Part shown: one piece after another, positions 20,344 to 31,113 of the stretch
Layout of the letters: each line of letters starts with the position of its first letter
How positions within the stretch are numbered: position 1 is the first letter of the stretch
Assembly: GCA_963813075.1 (NCBI GenBank)
Contig: CAWEXU010000017.1
Coordinates: 32,001 to 96,000 of the forward strand
Source of the DNA: Methanotrichaceae archaeon
GTDB taxonomy: Archaea; Halobacteriota; Methanosarcinia; Methanotrichales; Methanotrichaceae
Reading direction: 5' to 3'
Length of the DNA stretch: 64,000 nt
Notes under the pieces: model-generated
What the model saw: only the letters and a program-made list of their open reading frames with translations
Told to the model about the DNA's origin: nothing
Databases searched by the model: none
Program-made: the position numbers and the translations under genes

Positions 20344-22449
20344 TATTCGGATCGCCAATACATATGAACTCCTCCCGGGCTGCTGCCCTATCCGCGGGCC
20401 TGCTGATTGTCTGTGCCCTGCTATTGAGCGGATGCTCATCTGCCACTCCTGCCTCTGGCGATGATATGAGGGAAGCCCTGGATTTGGTCCGCAATGGATC
20501 TTATTCCCTGGCCCTGGAGAGCATCAACAAATCCCTGGAGATCGAAGGCCAGAATATAGATGTGTGGCTGCTCAAGGGACAGATCCTCTTCCATCTTGGA
20601 TATTTGCCGGAAGCTGCTCATTCTCTGGACCAGGTTCTGTTGCTGAATCAGTCCAGCAAAGAGGCCTGGAGCCTGAAAGGGGAGATACTGATCCGGACGG
20701 AGAGATTCAGAATGGCCGAGCTGTGCCTGGACACCGCCCTGCGCCTTGATCCCGGAAACATAACCCTCTGGAACCGCCTGGCTCATGCCCAGGAGATGCT
20801 CGGTGACCATGATCGCGCCCTGAAAAGCTATGAGAAGGCATTGGCCCTGGAGGGCAATCATACTGAGACCCTTTTGTACCAGGGCAATTTGCTCCTCGAT
20901 CTGGAACGCTATTCTGAGGCCCTGCAGATCTTCAACCGGCTCATTGAACTGAACCGGAGCGACCCACGGGTCCTGAAAGCGCGGGGAGAATGCCATCTTC
21001 TGCTCGGGCAGGTCGATTTTGCTGAAGAGGACTATAAAGCGGCAATAAATGCCGATCCACAGGATTTTGAATCATGGCGGGGATTGGCCGAGGCCCTTTA
21101 TTTGCAGGGGAACTACAGCTCATCGCTTGAGGCATTCGATCAGTCCATAAAGATCAATCCCCAGGACATCCGGGCGATGCTGGGAAAGGGCGAGCTTCTC
21201 ATAGCCATGGAGGACTATTCATCTGCCCTAGAGATCTATTCCGCGGCTCTGCAAGAGGATGAGGCAAATGCCTCTGCCCTGCTAGGGAAAGGGCAGGCTC
21301 TTAGCAATCTAGGCCGGACGGAAGAGGCTTTAGAGTGCTATCAACAGGTCCTGGCATGGGAGCCGGACAATATCCAGGCTCTTGAGGGGGCCGCAGGCCT
21401 TCTGGCGGAAAGAAATGATACCTCCGGAGCTGCAGAGGCTTATGGCCGCATTCTGGCCAAGGATCCGGGAAATGCAAGGGCTCTTCTGGCGCTGGCAATA
21501 GCCCGGTCGGCTCAGGGGGACTATGGCCAGGCGCTGCTGTATTATGAACAGCTCCTCGATCATGACGGCAATAACACCGCCGCCTGGACGGGAAGAGGAG
21601 AGATATACCTCTTGCAGAAGAATACCGATCAGGCCATAGAGAGCTTCAAGAAGGCTCTGGAGATAGAACCGCATGATGCTGATTCCCTCCTGGGAATGGC
21701 AGAAGCTCTTTATGAGAGGGAGAGCCTGAATGAGGCCCGCAGCTACTATGAGGCCGCGGCTGGCTATAGAGCCCGAGAATGCCCGCGGCCACAGAGGACT
21801 GGGCAATACTCTCTGTGCCCTGGGCGAGTATGGCCAGTCCATCACCTCATTTGACGAAGCCCTGAGATTAGAGCCACTGGATGCCGACAGCATGATGGGA
21901 AAAGGCCTGGCACTGGCAGCCTCAGGCAATATATCCGGAGCCCTGGAATGCTTCCAGAATATCGTCTCCGTCGATCCGAAAAACTCTTTCGCCTGGTCTA
22001 ATTTGGGCAGCCTGCAAGCCATCACGGGAGAGTATGACCAGGCTCAAGAAAGCCTGGAAATAGCGGCGCAGATAAGTCCGGCCTCCGCGGATGTCTGGTA
22101 CAACCTGGGCCAGGCATACGGCCTCATGGGCAGCTATAACCAGTCCAGACAGGCTTTCGAGAATGCAACGAAGTTAGCTCCTGATGATCCCGTTCTGTGG
22201 CTGGAGCTGGGCCAGGCCCAGGAGAGGACCGGAGAGATAAAACCAGCCTCAGAGAGCTTCCAGAAGGCCTCAGTCCTTGATCCGGAGAATGAATTCGCCC
22301 ATTATTCGCTGGCCCTGGCCCTTGTCAGTCAGGGTCGGTTCCAGGAAGCTCTCGAGGCCTTCGAGAGGGCTTTAGAGATCAATCCAAATAACCGTCTGGC
22401 CGAATACAGCATAAATGTGACCAGAAGTCAGCTGGAAAAAGGACAATAA
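20340..22449 (+). CDS. Tetratricopeptide-repeat (lipo)protein, one frameshift near 21755
   Basis: LLSGC lipobox-like signal; continuous TPR pattern across two overlapping ORFs. Confidence 0.85.
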
Positions 22450-22537
22450 AACCGGTTTGAGAGCAGACGGGGCCGGAATCGCAATGGAAACTCGGAGGCG
22501 GTGGGAAAGTTGTTAATGCTCATCCGGCCAGGCATTA

Positions 22538-23005
22538 TCATCTGCCTTCTGCTCTTCTCTTCTCATAGCTATTCTGACGCTGATAATTATGATTGGGTAT
22601 CAGTTCCGGCTCTGTCATCTCGATAAGCCTGTACTGCCGGTTGTTTCTGTTTCCCCTCTTCTCCAGAAGACCGTCGCGGTTCATCCGTGATAGATATGTA
22701 GAGACGGTGCTGATCTTTATATCATCTGCTACTGTCTCATACCGCTCCCTGAGCTCCTGGGAGGTAAACCAGGTATTGGAGAATTCAAATTTGATAAAGC
22801 TCTCCAGACGGTCCATGAGAGTGCCAGTGCTGCCGTAATCGCGGGTGGGTGCTAATGCACTCCGTTCGTCTTTGCCCTCGAAGATACCGGAAGCGGAGAG
22901 AAATCCTATTATCTTGTCCCTTAAGGCCTCTCCATCCATGTTTTGCGACTCAAATTCATGGATTGATTTGAGTCCGCCATCCTCTATCTCAATCCGGATC
23001 CTCAT
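22538..23005 (-). CDS. Protein with C-terminal winged-helix DNA-binding domain
   Basis: GGAGGGG RBS; WFTSQELRERYE...ISTVSTYLSRM...GLLEKRG....YR pattern. Confidence 0.7.
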   Translation of the reverse strand: MRIRIEIEDGGLKSIHEFESQNMDGEALRDKIIGFLSASGIFEGKDERSALAPTRDYGSTGTLMDRLESFIKFEFSNTWFTSQELRERYETVADDIKISTVSTYLSRMNRDGLLEKRGNRNNRQYRLIEMTEPELIPNHNYQRQNSYEKRRAEGR

Positions 23006-23046
23006 CGTCCCCTCCGACTATCCTTCCCGCAGATTGCCCTTCCAGA

Positions 23047-23268
23047 TTACCTTCCGGATACCAATTCCAGAGTTGGAAGGGATATATCTTCCTCAGAGGA
23101 GAACCGTTTGAGGTCTATTCTCCCGTCCTCTCTTATCGTGGAGAATCCCATTCGATCGCATTTCTCCAGGTTCATTTGCAATGTAAATAGCTTGATGTGC
23201 CCTCTCACTTGACTCCCCTCCGCAAATCGATCTATACCGCTTTCTACGGCTTTCTTTATTCGTGCCAT
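23047..23268 (-). CDS. Possible small hypothetical protein
   Basis: 73-aa ORF co-oriented upstream of the wHTH gene; no motif. Confidence 0.35.
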   Translation of the reverse strand: MARIKKAVESGIDRFAEGSQVRGHIKLFTLQMNLEKCDRMGFSTIREDGRIDLKRFSSEEDISLPTLELVSGR

Positions 23269-24152
23269 CCCTTTTATGTCTGGCAGGCAGGCTGAAAGGC
23301 AAGTAGAGCCCGGTCTCCCTTAAACCAGGCTATCTGTCCTTTGTTTTCGCATTCGCTGCCTGTCCACAACTGGTGCATCACAATCCCGGCCCTGTCGCAC
23401 AGATGCTCCCTGCCGTCCCTTCACAGCAACGAGCGACCTGATCTACTCTGGGCATGAAACCGTCTACTGTCTATTCACAGGCCGTCCCTTCCCGGCTGCG
23501 AACAGTCATTTAGACAGATAGTCAAACCAGGATCAGTTATGCACTTCCTTCAGCTACCCCTTGTGCCACTGCCTGTGAGAAGCAAGATGATTGTGAAGTG
23601 TTTTGACCAACTATCGTTAGACCATATGAGATCATCGATATCCCCTTCATTGCTACTCCCGATGCCATCCCTTCTTGGTTTACATTCCAGTTGGACTCAA
23701 GTGAGCACGCCATTAAGAACCATATGTCTCACCACAATATTTATGGCGGAACAGATAGATCCGGTGACCTGGACATGCTCACTGTACACTGCCTCTACTT
23801 CTCAGATATGCTGTAAAGGTTCATCCATCCCCTCAGACGAATAATCCCTCCAACCGCCCTGTCTTACTGTATTCAGACAGGTTGTCTGGCCGTTTTGGCA
23901 CAATATTAAACTGGTTTCGGTGGTATATAAAACTTTCTAATAGTCGGTAGTTGTGGTTAATTGCTTAAAACATCTATTAGAGCTTATTTTCGAAAATAAA
24001 GCCCAAATAGTAGTCAGAATAGTATTTCACAGCGGAGTCATTTGACAGGCAAATACCATTAAAATGGGTTGTGAAAAGAAAGTTCAGGCGACTACTACTA
24101 TCATAATGGCTATCAGTAGGCTTCATAATTTTGCGCGGTGAAGATTTATCCT

Positions 24153-24169
24153 TGTGAAATGATTTCACA
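24153..24169. promoter_or_regulatory. Perfect palindrome TGTGAAAT-G-ATTTCACA, candidate operator
   Basis: 8-bp arms; a further TTGTGAAATGA half-site near 24193. Confidence 0.45.
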
Positions 24170-24350
24170 GAGGCCTGCTAATATCGAAATTTTTGTGAAA
24201 TGACTGTATCATCCTGCATTATGACAAAAAAAATTAATTATGTTGTGCGCGCGAAGCTTGCGGCACAAAGGTGAATATGAGCCGGGTTCGGTCATGCCTC
24301 CGTCAAAAACAGCGATTTGATTGAGTAAAATCTAGAAATTTAAAAGGGTT

Positions 24351-24473
24351 TTAGGATGCCTGGTGGGGCTCGAAGTATTCATCTATCAACCAGTCTCCGA
24401 CCTCCTTAAGATATCTGCGCCTTCGCTCGTCTTCAGCAATTAATTGAAAAACCTCGGAGAGATCCTCGTCCAT
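24351..24473 (-). CDS. Small acidic protein (40 aa)
   Basis: MDEDLSEVFQLIAEDERRRRYLKEVGDWLIDEYFEPHQAS; host-like codons; TTTAAAT ~25 nt upstream; T-rich tail. Confidence 0.6.
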   Translation of the reverse strand: MDEDLSEVFQLIAEDERRRRYLKEVGDWLIDEYFEPHQAS

Positions 24474-24505
24474 TGAACCTTAATATTCGCTTGCGGCATT
24501 TAAAC

Positions 24506-25318
24506 CTATCGTATGGTCGAGCCCTGCCCAATGCCAATTCCCCTGGCCAGGATCAAAGCAACACAGTAAGGCTCAGAGCTTCGCTTCAGGGGACCGGCAT
24601 GAATGGGGTGGTCTCCGCAAATGATCAGCAGGGTCTTCTCATCTGCCTCCTCTGCAATTTTGCCAATACAGCGATCGATATACAGAGCGGCACTGCGGAT
24701 GCCATGCCAATCCCGGCCCAGGTGGACGCTCTTATCGATCCCTATGAAATAGGAGACGAGAAGCCTGGGGTTCTCCCGCAGGGATTGGATAGTTACCTGG
24801 CAGGCCTCCCGATCGAACTCCTCCGGCGGAATTCGGTCTGATATTCCGTGGATAATCTCTATCAGGCCCTCATAGACCTCCGCCCCATTGGTCTCCATTA
24901 TCACTGCGGACTTCAGACCGGCAGCGCTGGCAATCTCCGGCAGGCTGAGGATGCTTGATGTCTTCGCCCCCGCTTTGTCCAATATCCCGTGGTGCTCGGG
25001 CACCAGGCCGCTCAGAATGCTGGCTATGGCCGGAGTGGTGTGATTGGAGACCGCCCTTGCCCGGATGAGATATCCTTCATCGATAAGGCGGGACATGTTC
25101 TCCATCCGAACCAGGAGGTGCGCCATAAGATCGTATCCCAGGCTGTCTACGATTATGATGGCAGCATTCCTGCAGCCCCAGCTTTCCACCAGATCGATCG
25201 TCTGGCCGTCATTGTGGGGAAGCTCGATTCCCAGCAGCCGGGCAACAGTGGGTGCAATATCCAGCTGGCTATATCTCCGATCTGATTTTACGGTGGTCAT
25301 GAACATCCGCTTTCCCAC
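24506..25318 (-). CDS. Alkaline-phosphatase-superfamily (phosphodiesterase-like) protein
   Basis: IIIVDSLG, TTPAIASILSG..PE.HGI, IDKSVH, ICGDH. Confidence 0.8.
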   Translation of the reverse strand: MGKRMFMTTVKSDRRYSQLDIAPTVARLLGIELPHNDGQTIDLVESWGCRNAAIIIVDSLGYDLMAHLLVRMENMSRLIDEGYLIRARAVSNHTTPAIASILSGLVPEHHGILDKAGAKTSSILSLPEIASAAGLKSAVIMETNGAEVYEGLIEIIHGISDRIPPEEFDREACQVTIQSLRENPRLLVSYFIGIDKSVHLGRDWHGIRSAALYIDRCIGKIAEEADEKTLLIICGDHPIHAGPLKRSSEPYCVALILARGIGIGQGSTIR

Positions 25319-25427
25319 ACTATTTGCGCCATATAATATCCCTCCGGGTCATTGCTATGCATAAAAAAAAGCTCGCTTTGAAGGCTGACTTTTATATAAG
25401 AAAAGAGAAAACGGAAAGCGTGAAATC

Positions 25428-25838
25428 ATGATAGAAAAAAAGATCTCCCTGATCATTCTTATTATCATAGCGTCCTGGATTATGGGAGAGAGCATGGCCT
25501 CGGATGTGGATATCGACTACAGTCATAAAGTCGCCGGAACGGGCACCGTCATGACCGATTTTGAGATGGGCTCTTTAGATAGCACAAAAGCCATAGGAGT
25601 GGTTCACGGCACAGGCGAGGTGATGAACAAATACCTATTTCTCTCCAACAACTCCGAGAACGTCACCATTCTGGACCAATTCCTCTTCACAAAAGCTCAA
25701 CCATCCAATGATACCTCCATTGAAATATACCCCAGGATGGAGCGAAAAGAAGGGAGCTTCAGGCTGCTGGGGACGGACTGGTCGGGAAATATAAATTCAT
25801 TCGCAGGATCATTTTCGCCCCAGGCCAAAGATTTATAA
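25428..25838 (+). CDS. Secreted hypothetical protein
   Basis: Basic N-terminus + hydrophobic signal. Confidence 0.65.
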   Translation: MIEKKISLIILIIIASWIMGESMASDVDIDYSHKVAGTGTVMTDFEMGSLDSTKAIGVVHGTGEVMNKYLFLSNNSENVTILDQFLFTKAQPSNDTSIEIYPRMERKEGSFRLLGTDWSGNINSFAGSFSPQAKDL

Positions 25839-25862
25839 ATATTCCTCAAAATTGTAAGGGAC

Positions 25863-27308
25863 ATGGCAGAAGGGGCAAAGGCCAAAAGTGCATCTGCAGG
25901 CTTCGATGAGCTGAACAGACTGTGCCGAGAGTGCAAAGATGAGGTCTCCAGGAGAAAGGAGATTTTAGTGGTCTCCCATGTGGATGCGGATGGTCTCACT
26001 GCATCCGCCATCATCTGCACCGCCCTGGAGAGGAGGAACATCGACTTTAAACCCCTCTTCTTCCGCCAGCTGGATGACAGCGCCCTGGATGAGGTTGCCG
26101 ACCAGGGCTCAGATCTTGTCATATTCACCGATCTGGGCAGCGGGATGATCCAGGAGATAATGGACCGGAAACTGGATGCAATAGTGGCCGACCATCACAA
26201 ACCCCAGGAATGCCCATCACAACCCCTGGCCCATATCAATCCCCATCTGGTGGGAGCGGACGGAGCAAACCAGCTCAGCGGAAGCGGCAGCACTTTTCTT
26301 CTGGCCAGAGCTCTGGCATCAGCCCCGGGGGCAAACGACGATCTGGCAGCACTGGCTGTGGTGGGGGCGGTGGGAGACCTGCAGGATATGGCCCGCGGCC
26401 AGCTTATCGGTCTGAACCGCTGCATCCTGGACATAGGCTCAAGAGCAAAAGCGGTCGATTTTTCCAGAGACATCAAGCTCTTCGGCAGACAGACCCGTCC
26501 GGTCTATAAGATGCTGGAGTACTGCCAGGACCCATACCTCCCCGGCCTCTCGGGCAAAGAGGACGCTTGCATTGCTTTCCTTAAAGAGATCGGAATCCGT
26601 CTGGGTGGAGAGAAGTGGCGGCGCTGGATAGACCTCAACCAGGAGGAGAAAGCCTCAGTGGTCACAGCCATCATTCAAAAAGGATTGCGTTGCGGCGTCT
26701 CCAATATCCGGCTGGAGCGGCTGATAGGTGAGGTCTACATCTTGCTGAAGGAGCGGGAGGGAACTGAGCTGCGAGATGCCTCCGAGTATTCGACCCTGCT
26801 GAACGCCACCGCCCGGTATGGCCACGCCGGGGTGGGCCTGGAGGTCTGCATGGGGAATAGAGATAAGGCCTTCGATGAGGCCCATAAGCTCCTGGGCCAG
26901 CACCGCCAGAACCTGGTCAATGGCCTGAAGCTGGTCTCCCAGAGGGGAATCACTCCTCTGAACAGTATCCAGTACTTCGATGCTGGAGACGAAATTCTGG
27001 ACACAATCGTGGGAATAGTAGCCGGAATGAGCTTCCAGATGGCAGACCGCAGCCGGCCCATACTCGCCTTCGCCAAAAACGAACAGGGAGATCTCAAGGT
27101 ATCCGCCCGCGGGACCCAGGACCTGGTACGAGCCGGCCTGGACTTAGCTCATGCCCTCTCCCTCTCTGCCCGGGCGGTGGGAGGAGTGGGCGGAGGCCAC
27201 AACGTCGCCGCTGGAGCGACCATTCCCCTGCAGGCAAAGGAGGAGTTCCTGGAGAGGATGGACCGCATAGTAGCCGAGCAGCTTGCCTTGAGAAATAATA
27301 TAAAATAA
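25863..27308 (+). CDS. RecJ-like DHH phosphoesterase/exonuclease
   Basis: SHVDADG, FTDLGSG, ADHH, GGGHNVAAGA (DHHA1). Confidence 0.92.
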   Translation: MAEGAKAKSASAGFDELNRLCRECKDEVSRRKEILVVSHVDADGLTASAIICTALERRNIDFKPLFFRQLDDSALDEVADQGSDLVIFTDLGSGMIQEIMDRKLDAIVADHHKPQECPSQPLAHINPHLVGADGANQLSGSGSTFLLARALASAPGANDDLAALAVVGAVGDLQDMARGQLIGLNRCILDIGSRAKAVDFSRDIKLFGRQTRPVYKMLEYCQDPYLPGLSGKEDACIAFLKEIGIRLGGEKWRRWIDLNQEEKASVVTAIIQKGLRCGVSNIRLERLIGEVYILLKEREGTELRDASEYSTLLNATARYGHAGVGLEVCMGNRDKAFDEAHKLLGQHRQNLVNGLKLVSQRGITPLNSIQYFDAGDEILDTIVGIVAGMSFQMADRSRPILAFAKNEQGDLKVSARGTQDLVRAGLDLAHALSLSARAVGGVGGGHNVAAGATIPLQAKEEFLERMDRIVAEQLALRNNIK

Positions 27309-27314
27309 ATTATC

Positions 27315-27758
27315 TTATGTGCAGGGTAAAGAGCCGTAACCGCACTCTTTCATATGGTCCTTGGCCACCAGTATCTGCTCCTCAATGCTGAAGTTGCCCA
27401 CAAAGAGGTGGTTTATACGCGACTGTTCGTGCCTCTTGTTACCGGTCTCTGGATCCAGTACCAGATAGCCTAAGCGCCCTATGCCGATGAAATCAGCATC
27501 AATTGTGATCTCGGTGAGGTTGGCCTCTGTTCGAAGCTCCATCTTTGTCGATAGGCGAGTGGCATCGGTAACCTCCACGTTCGCCGTCGTCATCAGGGGG
27601 ATGTTATTGACTTTAGTGCTATCACGAAACTTCTGGTCATAGGAGAAGAGATGGGCATTGGGATTACTCTTGCTGCCGATCTCCATCACATAATGCTCTG
27701 CATTGATCGGAACCAGGAGGATGAACAGAATCATCAAGCCTGAGAGTCCCGCTACCAT
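27315..27758 (-). CDS. Secreted hypothetical protein
   Basis: Hydrophobic signal-like N-terminus; 147 aa. Confidence 0.6.
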   Translation of the reverse strand: MVAGLSGLMILFILLVPINAEHYVMEIGSKSNPNAHLFSYDQKFRDSTKVNNIPLMTTANVEVTDATRLSTKMELRTEANLTEITIDADFIGIGRLGYLVLDPETGNKRHEQSRINHLFVGNFSIEEQILVAKDHMKECGYGSLPCT

Positions 27759-27794
27759 CTGGCCTCTTGTCGCTATAATCGTATCACTGCTCCC

Positions 27795-28706
27795 TCAAAG
27801 GTCTCTAAACAGGCTCCACCAATACTCTTCGTCCATCTCGGCGGAATATACAGTTACCGCCGGACCTTCCATAAATGCCTTCTCCCCAACAAATGTTATG
27901 ATCAACGGCCCGCCTCTCGTCTCCACCAGGACCTCATCCCCGACCAGACCCAGCCGGCGGGCAACGCTGGCGGAAGCAACCGCACCTGTTCCGCAGGAGA
28001 AGGTCTCGCCCTCTACTCCCCGCTCGAAGGTCCTGATCTGCAATGGCGATCCTGCTACGACGAAGTTCACATTGGCCCCCTCTGGAAAGAGACTGCTATG
28101 CCTGATTGCTGGTGCGGCATCATGGATATTGATATCCAGGTCTTCCACGAAGATAACGGCATGGGGAACGCCGGTATTGACCGCGGAGACCGCATAGTCG
28201 CCCATCTTTTCATTTATCAGATCGCCAGAACCGCAGGCCGGGATGGATGGCCGATTGAACCTGGGTGCACCCATATCCACCCTGGCCCAGAATCCCCCAT
28301 CCCTCTCCCGGACCTCAACCGGAATTATGCCCGCCAGGGTCTCCACATCAAAGGACTGTCCCACATATCCCGTCTCCCAGGCGTATTTGGCAAGGCAGCG
28401 TATGCCATTGCCGCACATCTCCGCCTCTGAGCCGTCCGGCTGGAAGAGCCTCATGCCCGTGTCCGCTCGCTGGCTGTTTACCAGGAACAGGACCCCATCT
28501 GCTCCGATGCCGAAGTTGCGGCGGCAGCAGGCGATCGCAAATCTCTTCTTGGCGCTCTCAGCCACAAGCTCCCTTGAGATCTCATCAATGAGGATGAAAT
28601 CATTGCCGTTCCCGTGCAGCTTGGCAAAGCCAAGGCTGCGTGGACGAAAGGGATCGTCTTCGAGCTCTATCTCAGAAATCTCTGCCAGCTTCATTTTATA
28701 TACCAT
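27795..28706 (-). CDS. dapF: Diaminopimelate epimerase
   Basis: KLHGNGNDF, GADG, EMCGNGIRC, NTGVPH, ERGVEGETFSCGTG. Confidence 0.95.
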   Translation of the reverse strand: MVYKMKLAEISEIELEDDPFRPRSLGFAKLHGNGNDFILIDEISRELVAESAKKRFAIACCRRNFGIGADGVLFLVNSQRADTGMRLFQPDGSEAEMCGNGIRCLAKYAWETGYVGQSFDVETLAGIIPVEVRERDGGFWARVDMGAPRFNRPSIPACGSGDLINEKMGDYAVSAVNTGVPHAVIFVEDLDINIHDAAPAIRHSSLFPEGANVNFVVAGSPLQIRTFERGVEGETFSCGTGAVASASVARRLGLVGDEVLVETRGGPLIITFVGEKAFMEGPAVTVYSAEMDEEYWWSLFRDL

Positions 28707-28750
28707 GCATCCTTTTGCTAAAGCTTGTTATGTTGTGGAGGTGATGTAAT

Positions 28751-30035
28751 ATTAAACCCATTCTACAGGTGGCAATGGATCTTCTGGATCTGGACAGGTC
28801 AATTCAGATAGCCAAAGAGGCGGTCCTTGGTGGAGCGGACTGGATCGAGGCCGGGACCCCCCTCATCAAGAGCGAGGGCATGGACTCCGTGCGCGAGATG
28901 AAAAAAGCCCTCCCCGGTACAAAGATCGTGGCGGATATGAAGACTGTAGACACCGGGGCCATGGAGGTGGAGATGGCGGCCAAGGCCGGGGCAGATGTAG
29001 TGGCACTCTTAGCCGCATCCGACAACTCCACCGTCGAGGATGCTCTGCGTGCGGCGCGCAAGTACGGTGTAAAGATAATGATGGACCTGATCACCGTTCC
29101 CGATCCGGTTGGTCGCTCCCGTGAGCTGGAAGAACTGGGAGTGGATTACATCTGCGTTCATGTGGGAATAGATCAGCAGATGACCGGCAAGGACACCATA
29201 GATTTTCTGAAGCAGATTGTCAAAGAGGTGAAGATCCCCGTTGCCGCCGCAGGGGGTATGGACGCAGCCACTGCTGCGGATGCCGTGGCCAATGGTGCTG
29301 CCATCGTCATCGTTGGCGGAAGCATAGTTCGCAGCGCGAATGTGACCGAATCGGCCCGGAAGATTCGCGATTCTATCGATAATGCTCAAGCCAGCACTGC
29401 CCCCAGGATAAGCCTGGAGGAGGAGCTTGTATCCCTGCTGCGCAGTGTATCCTCATCCAACATCTCCGATGCCATGCACCGCAAAGGGGCCATGCGCGGG
29501 ATTCATCCTCTCATCCCGGGAAAGAAGATCGTGGGCAGGGCAATCACTGTGCAGACCTTCGCCGGCGACTGGGCAAAACCGGTCGAGGCCATCGACATGG
29601 CCGGTCCGGGCGACGTGCTGGTGATCTACAACGGAAGCAACAACATCGCCCCCTGGGGAGGACTGGCCACCCTGAGCTGCAAGATCCGGGGGGTAGAGGG
29701 TGTGGTCGTCGACGGCGCAGTACGGGACCTGCAGGAGATAAGGCCCATGGACTATCCTCTCTTCTCCTCGGATGTGGTTCCCAATGCCGGGGACCCCAAA
29801 GGCATGGGAGAGATCAACTCTGAGATCAGTCTGCGGCGGCCAGACGGTCCGGCCCGGCGACTATATCGTTGGCGATGACAGCGGAGTGGTGGTGATTCCC
29901 AAAGAGAGAGCCTATGAGATTGCGAGAAGAGCAAAAGAGGTCGAGAAGACGGAAGAGAGGCTCTTTGAGGAGATCCGCCGGGGAAAAACTCTATCTCAGG
30001 TGGTAAGCCTGCAGAAATGGGAGAAGATCGGATAG
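28751..30035 (+). CDS. Bifunctional 3-hexulose-6-phosphate synthase / RraA-like protein; probable ATT start; frameshift near 29828
   Basis: (I)[35 protein letters not shown]-terminal VVDGAVRD...[18 protein letters not shown]. Confidence 0.88.
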
Positions 30036-30218
30036 CAAGCCGTAAATAGATGGAAATATTTTGAAAAAAGGCGCAAAAGTGTTGGGAGATATGGCAGAGG
30101 TATGGAGAACTTGATGCCAGTCAATCAAAAACAGACGCCAGCCAATAGGGTAACAGAAGCACTATAGCGACATACACCAACCGGTGGGTTGATAAGATCG
30201 ATTTCGAGGAGAATTATA

Positions 30219-31113
30219 ATGGAACTGGACGATATCATTTCCAAGTACCCGCCCAAGCAGATGATGCTGATTCCCGTAATCATCATCATCTTAGCATTGA
30301 TCAGCCTGGGTGTAACCTATCTCAACACGGGATCGCCCGTGAATCTGGGGATAGAGTTTACGGGAGGCACATTAGCAACAGTGCCAGCTACAGAATCTAA
30401 AGATGCCGTGTTCGGAGAGTATGATAAGTACCCTCTGGCCGATGTGAGAGACGTGGGCAGCCGATACATGATTCAGTTCGGCCCCATGAGCGATGAGGAG
30501 TATACAGCGCTTGCCCAGCAGATTGTCGACAAGTACGGCGATGATGCTGAGATCAGGCATATGGGACCTATATACAGCCAGGAGCTCCAGGCTCAGGTTG
30601 TCAGATACCTTCCAATTTCCTTCCTGCTCATGGCCATAGTGGTATTCATAATATTCAGGCAGTTCTTTGTCTCATTGCTGATAGTGCTCTGCGCTCTGGC
30701 TGACATCCTGACGGCAGCGGCATCCATGAACCTGACTGGAATTCAGCTCTCCCTGGGGACAGTGGCTGCGCTTTTAATGCTCATCGGTTACTCTGTTGAT
30801 ACCGATATTCTGCTCACTATGAGGGTTTTGAAGCGCAAAGGGGCAACTGATGAGAAGATCAAAGGAGCGATGGGTACAGGCCTGACCATGGCCGCAACCA
30901 CATTGGGCTGCTGTGATCGCCCTTATACTCGTCTCCAACTTCCTTCACCTCATAGTGCCCTCATTCAGCCGGATGGATGTCATCGCCGATATGACAATGG
31001 TTCTCATCTTCGGCCTGGCGGCTGATTTACTGAACACCTGGATCACCAACGCTCAGGGGCTCAGATGGTACCTGAGCCGGCCTCGCAAGGCGGCAAGGGG
31101 GCAGAAGAGATGA
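30219..31113 (+). CDS. secF: Protein translocase subunit SecF, frameshift near 30905
   Basis: GIEFTGG, LMLIGYSVDTDILLT; C-terminal GL.ADLLNTWITN in the next frame; ATGA overlap with secD. Confidence 0.9.

Noticed and set aside
23539..24168. ORFs 23539-23844 (+) and 23977-24168 (-)
   Set aside because: Atypical composition, no RBS or motifs
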